Of a stretch of 16,126 bases of DNA, positions 8,828-16,126 are shown piece by piece. Under the pieces are notes generated by a model. That model saw only the letters and a program-made list of their open reading frames with translations. It made no database searches and was not told the origin of the DNA. The position numbers and the translations under genes were made by a program. Source of the DNA: Pseudomonadota bacterium (GTDB taxonomy: Bacteria > Bdellovibrionota > Bdellovibrionia > Bdellovibrionales > SG-bin7); the NCBI GenBank assembly GCA_034439715.1, contig JAWXAY010000092.1, positions 1 through 16,126 of the forward strand. Direction: 5' to 3'. Each line of letters starts with the position of its first letter. Position 1 is the stretch's first letter.

Positions 8828-9904
8828 ATGAATAGTGGTCGTGTAAACGCCCAATTTTGGGAAGGCAAGCGAGTCCTAGTAACGGGACACACAGGCTTTA
8901 AGGGTTCATGGCTCACATTTTGGCTTACCAACATGGGAGCCAATGTTTTAGGGTATGCTCTGCCGCCGCAAACGACGCCCTCACTGTTTGAGGTGATGGG
9001 ATTAAAAGAGGTGTGTCAGCATATCGAAGGTGACATTAGAAACAAGGATCAGCTTAAAGAAGCAATATCTAGTTTCAAACCCGAAATTATTTTTCATATG
9101 GCTGCACAAGCCTTGGTGTTAACCTCATACGATAATCCTACCCTAACATATGAGACCAATGTCATAGGCACGTTGAATCTTTTTGAAGCCGTACGTGGAC
9201 TCACCAGTCTTAAGACTCTGATCAACATTACAACTGATAAAGTCTACGACAATAAAGAATGGTCGTGGGGATATCGCGAACTCGACGCCCTCGGCGGCTA
9301 TGATCCGTATAGTTCTAGCAAGGCTTGTTCAGAAATATTAACGAGCTCCTACCGAAGGTCCTTTTTTAAAGACGAAAATGTTAGGATTCTCACCTGCCGA
9401 GCTGGTAATGTTTTTGGTGGCGGTGATTGGAGCGATAATCGCTTGATTCCAGATGCCATGCGAGCTTTCTCTTCGAATAAAATACTTGAAATTCGAAATC
9501 CATTTGCCGTGAGACCTTGGCAACATGTGCTTGAGCCCCTTCGGGCTTATTTGATTCTGGCTGAGAAATCCCACCATAGCATTCTGAGTGCATTTGCTTA
9601 CAATATTGGTCCCGGAGATGACGATGCTGTTCCCGTGAGTGAACTTGCTGCCACGATGACCGAGCTTTGGGGTGGTGCTGCTAGCTGGGCAGCACCTGTA
9701 AATGCCCAGCCGGGTCCGCACGAGGCCAAGTATTTAAAACTTGATTGTAGCCAAGCGAGAGCGGAACTTAACTGGCGGCCGATTATACCTCTTAAGTCGG
9801 GGCTTGAATTGACGGTAAGATGGTATAAAAGCTACTATCAAAATCGTGATGCAACTATTTTAAAACAAATCATGCGAGAACAAATAGCGAATTCTGTGGA
9901 GTAA
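8828..9904 (+). CDS. rfbG: CDP-glucose 4,6-dehydratase
   Basis: Motifs VLVTGHTGFKGSWL, HMAAQALV, TTDKVY, DPYSSSKA (YxxxK), RAGNVFGGGDW and RPWQHVLEPL. Begins 3 nt after rfbF. Confidence 0.96.
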   Translation: MNSGRVNAQFWEGKRVLVTGHTGFKGSWLTFWLTNMGANVLGYALPPQTTPSLFEVMGLKEVCQHIEGDIRNKDQLKEAISSFKPEIIFHMAAQALVLTSYDNPTLTYETNVIGTLNLFEAVRGLTSLKTLINITTDKVYDNKEWSWGYRELDALGGYDPYSSSKACSEILTSSYRRSFFKDENVRILTCRAGNVFGGGDWSDNRLIPDAMRAFSSNKILEIRNPFAVRPWQHVLEPLRAYLILAEKSHHSILSAFAYNIGPGDDDAVPVSELAATMTELWGGAASWAAPVNAQPGPHEAKYLKLDCSQARAELNWRPIIPLKSGLELTVRWYKSYYQNRDATILKQIMREQIANSVE

Positions 9905-9905
9905 A

Positions 9906-11078
9906 ATGAGTCCCGGCCTAGAAGTCCTCTATTTAATTTATGCCTGGTATTCGACTCTACAGAATGTGGGATTCGCCCTACTTTCGATTTTTCTACTTTT
10001 AAAACTCTTAAACGAAAGCAAAAAGGTTTCATTAAAAACAAGTGGGCCTAAAGTGGCTAAAGATTTGCCCGGCATCAGTATTTTAGTTTCACTCAAAGGT
10101 AATGCGCAAGTTGTGGGTCTTGGTCTAATCAATCTTTACCGTCAAGATTATTTGGGTCCCATAGAGATGATTTTTATCACCGAAACCAGTCAAGACCCCG
10201 CAATCGAAAGCGTAAAACGGCTATTAGCTAATGAAAAATCTAAAGTGGAGGTTAGCTGGGTTTTTGATGAGCCACTAATAGGTGCGAATCCGCGTACCGC
10301 GAAAATGCTCTTAGGCCTCCAAAAAGCGAAACATGCCTGGGTTTATTGGACCAGCCCAGATACTGTAGTCAAGAAGTGTCACCTCCGAAAAATGTTAGAA
10401 ATCACTGAAGGCGATCAGAAGAAGTTTGTAACGGCGATACCCTTACAGAGCGGTGCTAAAAATATTTGGGCGCTACTAGAAAATGTCTCGTTTATTTGGG
10501 GAATTACTTCATTTTTTTTATTGAATCGAATTTTAGGCAAACCTCAAGTTTACGGTGGAAGTCTTTTGTTTCATAAGAGTCTTTTGACAGACACCGGTTC
10601 CCTCGCTAATTTTTTGACAGAAGAAGTGCCGCTCACTGAGGCCTTTGTTAAAAATGGCGGCCGGTGCGAGGTAATGCCCCAGTTTGCCGTCGTGACTCAA
10701 GAGCGACAAAGTTTCAAAGAACTTTATGAACGAAATGTCCGATGGATGTTGATTGTGAAGTACCACCACCGCAGTATTTATTTTGGCTGTGTTGCCTACT
10801 CTTTAGTTTGGTTATTAGTTTTATGGCAAAGCACTGGAAACATTCTTTACGGTAAGCTTATAACGTTATATTTATTTTCTAAAATGTTTGCGAATCTCAC
10901 TTATCATGTGCTTTTAAAGATGCCGATCAAGCAGACATTGGGCGCGCTCCTGATCCCATTCTACGAGTTTTTTACCATTATTTTTATCTTTCACTCATTA
11001 TTTAAAACCACAGTCAATTGGCGTGGCGATGTTATGGTAGTCGACTCTCGTGGGGTATTGACACGTCGAAAGGTGTAA
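9906..11078 (+). CDS. Membrane glycosyltransferase, GT21 / ceramide-glucosyltransferase / HpnI-like (GT-A fold), with divergent motifs
   Basis: N-terminal TM anchor; ISILVSLKG...QDY...DPAI; GANPR (cf. GxNPK); RNVRW (cf. Q/RxxRW); C-terminal TM helices ending TVNWRG. Begins 1 nt after the rfbG stop. Confidence 0.8.
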   Translation: MSPGLEVLYLIYAWYSTLQNVGFALLSIFLLLKLLNESKKVSLKTSGPKVAKDLPGISILVSLKGNAQVVGLGLINLYRQDYLGPIEMIFITETSQDPAIESVKRLLANEKSKVEVSWVFDEPLIGANPRTAKMLLGLQKAKHAWVYWTSPDTVVKKCHLRKMLEITEGDQKKFVTAIPLQSGAKNIWALLENVSFIWGITSFFLLNRILGKPQVYGGSLLFHKSLLTDTGSLANFLTEEVPLTEAFVKNGGRCEVMPQFAVVTQERQSFKELYERNVRWMLIVKYHHRSIYFGCVAYSLVWLLVLWQSTGNILYGKLITLYLFSKMFANLTYHVLLKMPIKQTLGALLIPFYEFFTIIFIFHSLFKTTVNWRGDVMVVDSRGVLTRRKV

Positions 11079-11127
11079 CCCATCTGATACACGGGACTTC
11101 TACTGGGGCCATTTTCTCCCCGAAAAA

Positions 11128-11144
11128 CTGGCGGCTATTTTGCA
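11128..11144 (+). promoter_or_regulatory. Sigma54 (RpoN) -24/-12 promoter
   Basis: CTGGC-GGCTATT-TTGCA has GG at 11130-11131 and GC at 11142-11143 with exact 10-nt spacing. The predicted TSS near 11155 falls just before the RBS GGGGAGG (11158-11164) and ATG 11170. Confidence 0.65.
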
Positions 11145-11169
11145 CTGTAGGGTTAAAGGGGAGGTCGTC

Positions 11170-11757
11170 ATGAAAAACAAAATTTTAGGATTAACATCAA
11201 TAGCATTTATAATTTTGGCAATGGAGGCACCTACTGCCGCCCAAGGAGTCGATATCGATGCCATTGCTACTGCGGGTACCGGTTGCACAGAAGGCACTGT
11301 GAACAAGAAGATTGAAGTGTTACCAGGAGGGGCTCTTAAAATTGATTTGGATTTCTCGGAATACAATGTCCTCGTAGGCTTTGGTAAAACGCTCGACCGA
11401 AAAAACTGCGCTGTGGCGCTGCCTATTTCGTTAGACACCAACCAAAGGCTTAAAGTCGCGCGCATTATTCTGCGCACTGACGGTGTTTTGGCAGCGGGAT
11501 CGAAGACAGCTCTCAGGGCCGAGGTATTTACTGCCGGAGAACAAGGTCAGATATTTGAGCGAGAAATTTTGCCTGATCAAGAATTGCAGGGACGATTTAC
11601 GCTTCGAGGTAAAGACGTTTTAGGAACAGAATGCGGAGTAGATACCAACTTAAGAGTTAACACGTCCATCTTGATTAATTCGCAAGAAACGGGGCGTGAA
11701 AGTGGACTTAGTGCCGCCAGCATGACCCTAATACTTGTTGGTGAAAGCTGTACCTAA
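11170..11757 (+). CDS. Secreted DUF4360-domain protein
   Basis: Sec-type signal peptide (MKNKILGLTSIAFIILAMEAPTAA). Motifs AGTGC, FSEY, RKNC, TECG and LRVNTS plus a C-terminal Cys, giving 4 Cys, typical of DUF4360. A strong RBS supports ATG 11170. Confidence 0.8.
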   Translation: MKNKILGLTSIAFIILAMEAPTAAQGVDIDAIATAGTGCTEGTVNKKIEVLPGGALKIDLDFSEYNVLVGFGKTLDRKNCAVALPISLDTNQRLKVARIILRTDGVLAAGSKTALRAEVFTAGEQGQIFEREILPDQELQGRFTLRGKDVLGTECGVDTNLRVNTSILINSQETGRESGLSAASMTLILVGESCT

Positions 11758-12281
11758 AGCGGCGCGTAGTTTAGGTCTCGTTCTGAAATAATCCTTTGCT
11801 CAGCCTGTGGCCACTTAATGTCGAACTTGGGGTCATCGAATTTAAGTCCACGGGCTGAGTTAGGTTCATAAAACTGAGAAATATTATAACTCACTAAAGT
11901 TTCTTCTTCTAACGTCTGAAAGCCATGAGCAAAGCCCTTTGGCACGAATATCTGCTTGAAATTTTCTTGGGATAGAATTTCGCTGTGCCATTTTAAATAG
12001 GTAAGTGATGTAGTACGCATATCGATGATCACATCAAATATACTTCCGCGGGTGCAGCTAACGATTTTTTCTTCTTCATGCGGAGAAATCTGATAATGCA
12101 TTCCTCTCAAGGTATTTTTTTTAGCATTAAAGGAAAAACTGGACTGTACAAACTTATTGGGCAGCCCGGCTTTGGCCAGTTCCTTAATACAGAAGCTTCG
12201 TGCAAAAAATCCTCTGGCGTCAGCTTGAGATTCGATTTCTATTAAAAAGGCACCTTTAAGCGAAAGAGGAGTAAATTTCAT
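11754..12281 (-). CDS. rfbC: NDP-4-keto-6-deoxyhexose 3,5-epimerase (RfbC/RmlC cupin family)
   Basis: Motifs DARGFFARSFC, LRGMHYQ, VPKGFAHGFQTL, DDPKFDIKWP and ISERD. Start placed at ATG 12281 (MKFTPL), 5 nt after the methyltransferase stop. Confidence 0.92.
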   Translation of the reverse strand: MKFTPLSLKGAFLIEIESQADARGFFARSFCIKELAKAGLPNKFVQSSFSFNAKKNTLRGMHYQISPHEEEKIVSCTRGSIFDVIIDMRTTSLTYLKWHSEILSQENFKQIFVPKGFAHGFQTLEEETLVSYNISQFYEPNSARGLKFDDPKFDIKWPQAEQRIISERDLNYAPL

Positions 12282-12286
12282 CGGGA

Positions 12287-13513
12287 TTATATGATCTCTA
12301 CATTTGGGAGAGGAATTACAAATTTTCCGCCCCACGATTTAATGGTGGACATCTGGGACATTACTTCATCTTTGATATTCCATGGAAGAATTAAAACGTA
12401 AGGGGGTTTCTCTTCGCGAATTTTATCAGGTGAAAATATGGGAATGCGGCTGCCAGGCAAAAACTTACCTTGCTTATGAATATTCTTGTCTACTGTATAC
12501 GAAATCAAGTCAGCTCCTACCTTACAATAGTTCAAGAGCGTATTGCCTTTAGCCGGCGCGCCATAACCTACGACCTTTTTACCTTCGGATTTTGCCGTCT
12601 TTAAAAAACTCAATAAATCACTTTTTACGCGCTCCACTTTTTTCGGAAAGTCATTAAAAAATTCAACAGAGGTAAAACCCTTTTTTATTTCACGCTGAAC
12701 AATCGATTCAACACATGTTTGCACGGGGAGCGCATTATTTTCATTGTGTCTTGCAAATACCCTGAGACTGCCGCCATGGGTGGAAAGCTCCTGCACGTCA
12801 TAAACTGTCAGGCCATGTTTAAAGAAAATATTCTTAACTGCAAACAGTGAGAAATAACAAAAATGTTCGTGGTAAATAGTATCAAATTGCAGGCCCTCGA
12901 TCATTTTTTCGAGATGCGGGAACTCCATCGTGAGTGTACCGTTGGGCTTAAGTGCAAGTTTAAGTGCCGACACAAAATCGTTGAGTTGTGGTACGTGTGC
13001 CAAGACGTTGTTGCCTAACAATAAGTCGGCACTTCTTTGGGATTTTGCCAACTGGAGTGCTGTTTCGGTGTTAAAAAATATAGTCTCTGTGGGAATTCCT
13101 TTTTGTTGCGCCACAAGTGCCGTATTCTTTGTAGGTTCAATGCCTAGAACTGGAATTCCCCTGGCTTTAAAATACTGTAATAGATAGCCGTCGTTACTGG
13201 CTATTTCCATTACTAAACTCTTTGCCCCCAGCCCCAGTCGCGTCGTCATCTCACTCGCGTATTCTTCGCAATGTTTTAACCAACTGTCGGAATAAGAAGA
13301 AAAGTAAGCGTAATCTTCGTTAAAAATATTCTCTGGTTGCTCAAAATCGTCCACCTGAACCAAAAAACACTGAGGACAAACAAAGGTCTCAAGGGGGAAT
13401 TCAAGTTCAGGTTTGTTGAGGTCTTCTTTTTTCAAATAGGAGTTTGATAACGGAGTCTTACCCAAAGATAAAAAAGGATTTTTGATTTCTGACTTACAAG
13501 ACCTACATCGCAT
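12287..13513 (-). CDS. SAM-dependent NDP-sugar C-methyltransferase (TcaB9/KijD1/TylCIII/NovU family)
   Basis: N-terminal Zn site CRSC...CPQC; motifs EIASNDG, GIEP, NNVLAHVP, FDTIYHEH, THGGSLR and YGAPAKGNTLLNYC; 408 aa, typical of the family. Confidence 0.9.
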   Translation of the reverse strand: MRCRSCKSEIKNPFLSLGKTPLSNSYLKKEDLNKPELEFPLETFVCPQCFLVQVDDFEQPENIFNEDYAYFSSYSDSWLKHCEEYASEMTTRLGLGAKSLVMEIASNDGYLLQYFKARGIPVLGIEPTKNTALVAQQKGIPTETIFFNTETALQLAKSQRSADLLLGNNVLAHVPQLNDFVSALKLALKPNGTLTMEFPHLEKMIEGLQFDTIYHEHFCYFSLFAVKNIFFKHGLTVYDVQELSTHGGSLRVFARHNENNALPVQTCVESIVQREIKKGFTSVEFFNDFPKKVERVKSDLLSFLKTAKSEGKKVVGYGAPAKGNTLLNYCKVGADLISYTVDKNIHKQGKFLPGSRIPIFSPDKIREEKPPYVLILPWNIKDEVMSQMSTIKSWGGKFVIPLPNVEII

Positions 13514-13545
13514 AAATACACTTAGCCTATTTTTTTAGCGCTCGT

Positions 13546-13586
13546 CTAGAAGTGTTCGACTAAAGTGTTCATCTAAAAGTGTTCGT
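13546..13586. repeat. Three tandem 13-14 bp imperfect repeats duplicating the nrdB 3' end and stop codon
   Basis: CTAGAAGTGTTCGA (13546-13559), CTAAAGTGTTCAT (13560-13572) and CTAAAAGTGTTCGT (13573-13586, the last codons of nrdB). A possible decayed fourth unit AGCGCTCGT lies at 13537-13545. Confidence 0.8.
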
Positions 13587-14568
13587 CGAAGGCGACTTCG
13601 CCGGTAACACCCATTTGATAAGCCGAAACTCTTCTTTCGAAAAAATTCGTAAGTTCTTGTATATCCTGTAATTCCATGAAGGGAAAGGGGTTTTTGACAT
13701 TGTAAACAGGGGCCATACGAAGGTTTTCTAAGCGCTTGTCGGCAATAAATTGTAAGTACTGGCGCATATCCTTAATCGAAAGCCCAGCAATTCCGTGTTG
13801 TAGGATATCTTCAGCAAAACTCATCTCACATTCAATAGCTTCATCAATCATGGTTTTTACCATGTCTTCCATGTTTTTATCAAAAAGTTCTGGCGTTTCA
13901 CGACGAGCAACTTCTATAACTTCCATAGCGAATAAAATATGGGCGCTTTCATCTCTAAAAACCCAGTTGGTTCCTTCTGCCAGACCATCCAGCATGCCTT
14001 TTGATCTCAAGAAATAAACGTAGGCAAATGCCGCGTAAAAAAATAGGCCTTCGATACAGGCTGCAAAACAAATAAGATTTAGGAGAAACCTTCGCTTGTC
14101 CTGAACAGTATTTAACTTTTCCAGCTGGTTAATGCTATCCATCCATTTAAAACAAAACGCCGCTTTGTTTTGCAATGAGGGAATGTTTTGAATGGCCGCA
14201 AAGGCTTTTTCACGTTCATTCAAATCAGGAATATAAGTGTCAAGCAGGGTTAAATAAAATTGAACATGCAAGGCTTCTTCATAAAGTTGGCGAGACAGGT
14301 AGAGTCGAGCTTCAGGCGAGTTAATGTGTTTGTAAAGATTTAACACGAGATTATTACTGACAATTGAATCTCCTGTTGCAAAAAAAGCTACTAGGCGATT
14401 TATCAGATGACGTTCTGAGGCAGTCATTTTTGACAAGTGACCTAGGTCTTTTGAAAAATCCACCTCTTCGACGGTCCATGTATTCTTGATGGCATTTCTA
14501 TACATTTCGTAAAACACGGGGTACTTCATGGGTCTCAGGTTCAAATCAAATCCTGGATTTAAAATCAT
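13573..14568 (-). CDS. nrdB: Class Ia ribonucleoside-diphosphate reductase beta subunit
   Basis: Metal ligands FATGD, EEALHVQFY (radical Tyr present), IEGLFFY and RDESAH; C-terminal NFFERRVSAY. AAGGA sits 6 nt before ATG 14568; the alternative ATG is at 14574. Confidence 0.95.
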   Translation of the reverse strand: MILNPGFDLNLRPMKYPVFYEMYRNAIKNTWTVEEVDFSKDLGHLSKMTASERHLINRLVAFFATGDSIVSNNLVLNLYKHINSPEARLYLSRQLYEEALHVQFYLTLLDTYIPDLNEREKAFAAIQNIPSLQNKAAFCFKWMDSINQLEKLNTVQDKRRFLLNLICFAACIEGLFFYAAFAYVYFLRSKGMLDGLAEGTNWVFRDESAHILFAMEVIEVARRETPELFDKNMEDMVKTMIDEAIECEMSFAEDILQHGIAGLSIKDMRQYLQFIADKRLENLRMAPVYNVKNPFPFMELQDIQELTNFFERRVSAYQMGVTGEVAFDEHF

Positions 14569-14592
14569 CTTCATTCCTTTTTTTTAGTTTCT

Positions 14593-16125
14593 TTATTGGC
14601 AGGCTTCGCAATTTTCTGGGTTTTCAAGTGAACAAGCAATGGCCTCGAGATCGGGAACCACTTCCTTAGCTTCTGACACGGTCGTTTTTGAAATCGAGGT
14701 CGCTGGTCGTGAGCGCAAATAATATGTGGTTTTTAAACCCTTCTTCCAAGCATACATATACATCGATGACATTTTTCCGATAGTGGGATTCTCGCTAAAG
14801 AGATTCAAAGATTGGCTTTGATCAATGTAAGCTCCGCGCTCGGCAGCCATATCAATCAATGAGCGCATGGGGATTTCCCAAGCAGTTCGGTAAATATTTT
14901 TTAATTCCTGAGGAATTTCTTTGATCCCATGTATTGAGCCATCAGCCAATTTAATCTTGGTGCGCACTTCATCGGTCCACAGACCCATCTCTTTTAATTC
15001 TTCGACTAGGTACTTATTGATCTGAATAAACTCACCTGACAAAGTTTCACGTTTAAAGAGGTTAGATATCTGGGGCTCAATAGATTCATACAATCCTAAA
15101 ATCGAAGCGATTGTCGCCGTCGGCGCAATGGCGATGAGAAGTGAATTTCTTAAGCCATACATTTTTATCTTTTCTCTTAAGTGATTCCATTGATCACTAT
15201 TTTCGGGCGTGACGCCCCATAAATCAAATTGAAGTACGCCTTGAGCTGCGCGAGTATCTTGAAAGGCGCTATGTGGCCCCTCTTTTTCAGCCAATTCGCA
15301 GGAAGCATTTAGTGCGTAAAAATAGACTTGTTCTTGTATTTTTTTGGAAAGGGCCCGGGCTTCTTCGCAGTCAAAGGCTAGACGCATTTTAAAAAACACA
15401 TCCTGTAGGCCCATGACCCCAAGTCCAACCGGTCGCCACTTATTGTTAGACGCCTGTGCTGTCGAGATCGGATAAAAATTGATATCGATAACTCGATCTA
15501 AATATTTTACGGCAACTTTTACCGTTTTTTCGAGTTTTTTGAAATCAAAACGCCCATCAACTACATGGTGAGCCAAGTTAACCGAACCTAAATTACAAAC
15601 AGCGGTTTCATCAGCATTCGTGACCTCTAATATTTCTGTACAAAGATTAGAGAGGTGAATCACATTCTCTGGCTTGGCCGTCTGATTACTTTTTTGATTG
15701 GAGTGATCTTTAAAGGTCATCCAACCATTTCCCGTTTGAGCGAGCGTCTTCATCATCCGTGAATAAAGATCGCGAGCCTTTACTTGTCGGACAAAGAGTT
15801 TTTGCTCTTCGGCTTCGACGTAAATATGTTCAAAGGTTTCACCATAAGTATCAGTGAGTCTGGGGACAGTTTTTGGATCAAACAGTGACCACATGGCATC
15901 CTGCTCTACTCTTTTCATAAAAAGATCGGGCAGCCAGTTGGCGATGTTTAAATTATGCGTTCGACGTGCCTCATCGCCGGTATTGTCCCTTAACTCTAAA
16001 AACTCTTCGATATCAGCATGCCAGGATTCTAAGTAAACACAGCAAGCGCCTTTGCGCTTTCCACCTTGGTTGACCGCCGAGACAGACGAATCCAAAGTTT
16101 TGAGCCAAGGAATGATTCCATTAGA
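14593..16125 (-). CDS. nrdA: Class Ia ribonucleoside-diphosphate reductase alpha subunit (5' part outside the window)
   Basis: The frame is open to the window edge (SNGIIPWLKTLDSS...). Motifs NQGGKRKGA, SNLCTEI (radical Cys), AVCNLGS, APTATI, IDQSQSLN, KTTYYLR and the C-terminal redox Cys tail ACSLENPENCEACQ. Confidence 0.97.
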   Translation of the reverse strand, partial: SNGIIPWLKTLDSSVSAVNQGGKRKGACCVYLESWHADIEEFLELRDNTGDEARRTHNLNIANWLPDLFMKRVEQDAMWSLFDPKTVPRLTDTYGETFEHIYVEAEEQKLFVRQVKARDLYSRMMKTLAQTGNGWMTFKDHSNQKSNQTAKPENVIHLSNLCTEILEVTNADETAVCNLGSVNLAHHVVDGRFDFKKLEKTVKVAVKYLDRVIDINFYPISTAQASNNKWRPVGLGVMGLQDVFFKMRLAFDCEEARALSKKIQEQVYFYALNASCELAEKEGPHSAFQDTRAAQGVLQFDLWGVTPENSDQWNHLREKIKMYGLRNSLLIAIAPTATIASILGLYESIEPQISNLFKRETLSGEFIQINKYLVEELKEMGLWTDEVRTKIKLADGSIHGIKEIPQELKNIYRTAWEIPMRSLIDMAAERGAYIDQSQSLNLFSENPTIGKMSSMYMYAWKKGLKTTYYLRSRPATSISKTTVSEAKEVVPDLEAIACSLENPENCEACQ

Positions 16126-16126
16126 A

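Noticed and set aside
11105..11121. GGGG...CCCC hairpin as terminator after the glycosyltransferase
   Set aside because: 4-bp stem with a long loop, followed by an A-run rather than a U-run on the + strand.
13573..14568. NrdB as a class Ic or Ie variant
   Set aside because: The first ligand Asp, the radical Tyr and all Glu/His ligands are canonical for class Ia.

Overview
Bacterial chromosomal window, most consistent with a Bdellovibrionota/Oligoflexia-like organism (inferred from gene content and order, not verified). There are four blocks. (1) A tightly coupled minus-strand mevalonate operon, fni (IDI-2) - class II HMG-CoA reductase - phosphomevalonate kinase - mvaD - mevalonate kinase, with a near-consensus sigma70 promoter and no HMG-CoA synthase or thiolase. 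(2) A divergently transcribed MMPL/RND lipid exporter, followed by rfbF, rfbG and a GT21/HpnI-like (ceramide-glucosyltransferase-like) membrane glycosyltransferase whose catalytic motifs are altered. (3) A secreted DUF4360 protein with its own sigma54-type promoter, lying between the two convergent halves of the sugar cluster. (4) A minus-strand run of nrdA (partial), nrdB, an NDP-sugar C-methyltransferase and an RfbC-family epimerase. The most interesting hypothesis is a locus that makes a CDP-activated C-methyl-branched 6-deoxysugar, transfers it to a lipid acceptor (isoprenoid/triterpenoid or ceramide) and exports the glycolipid. Two unexplained short tandem repeat arrays were also seen, at 132-201 and 13532-13586. 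No tRNA, rRNA, CRISPR array or mobile element was recognised.
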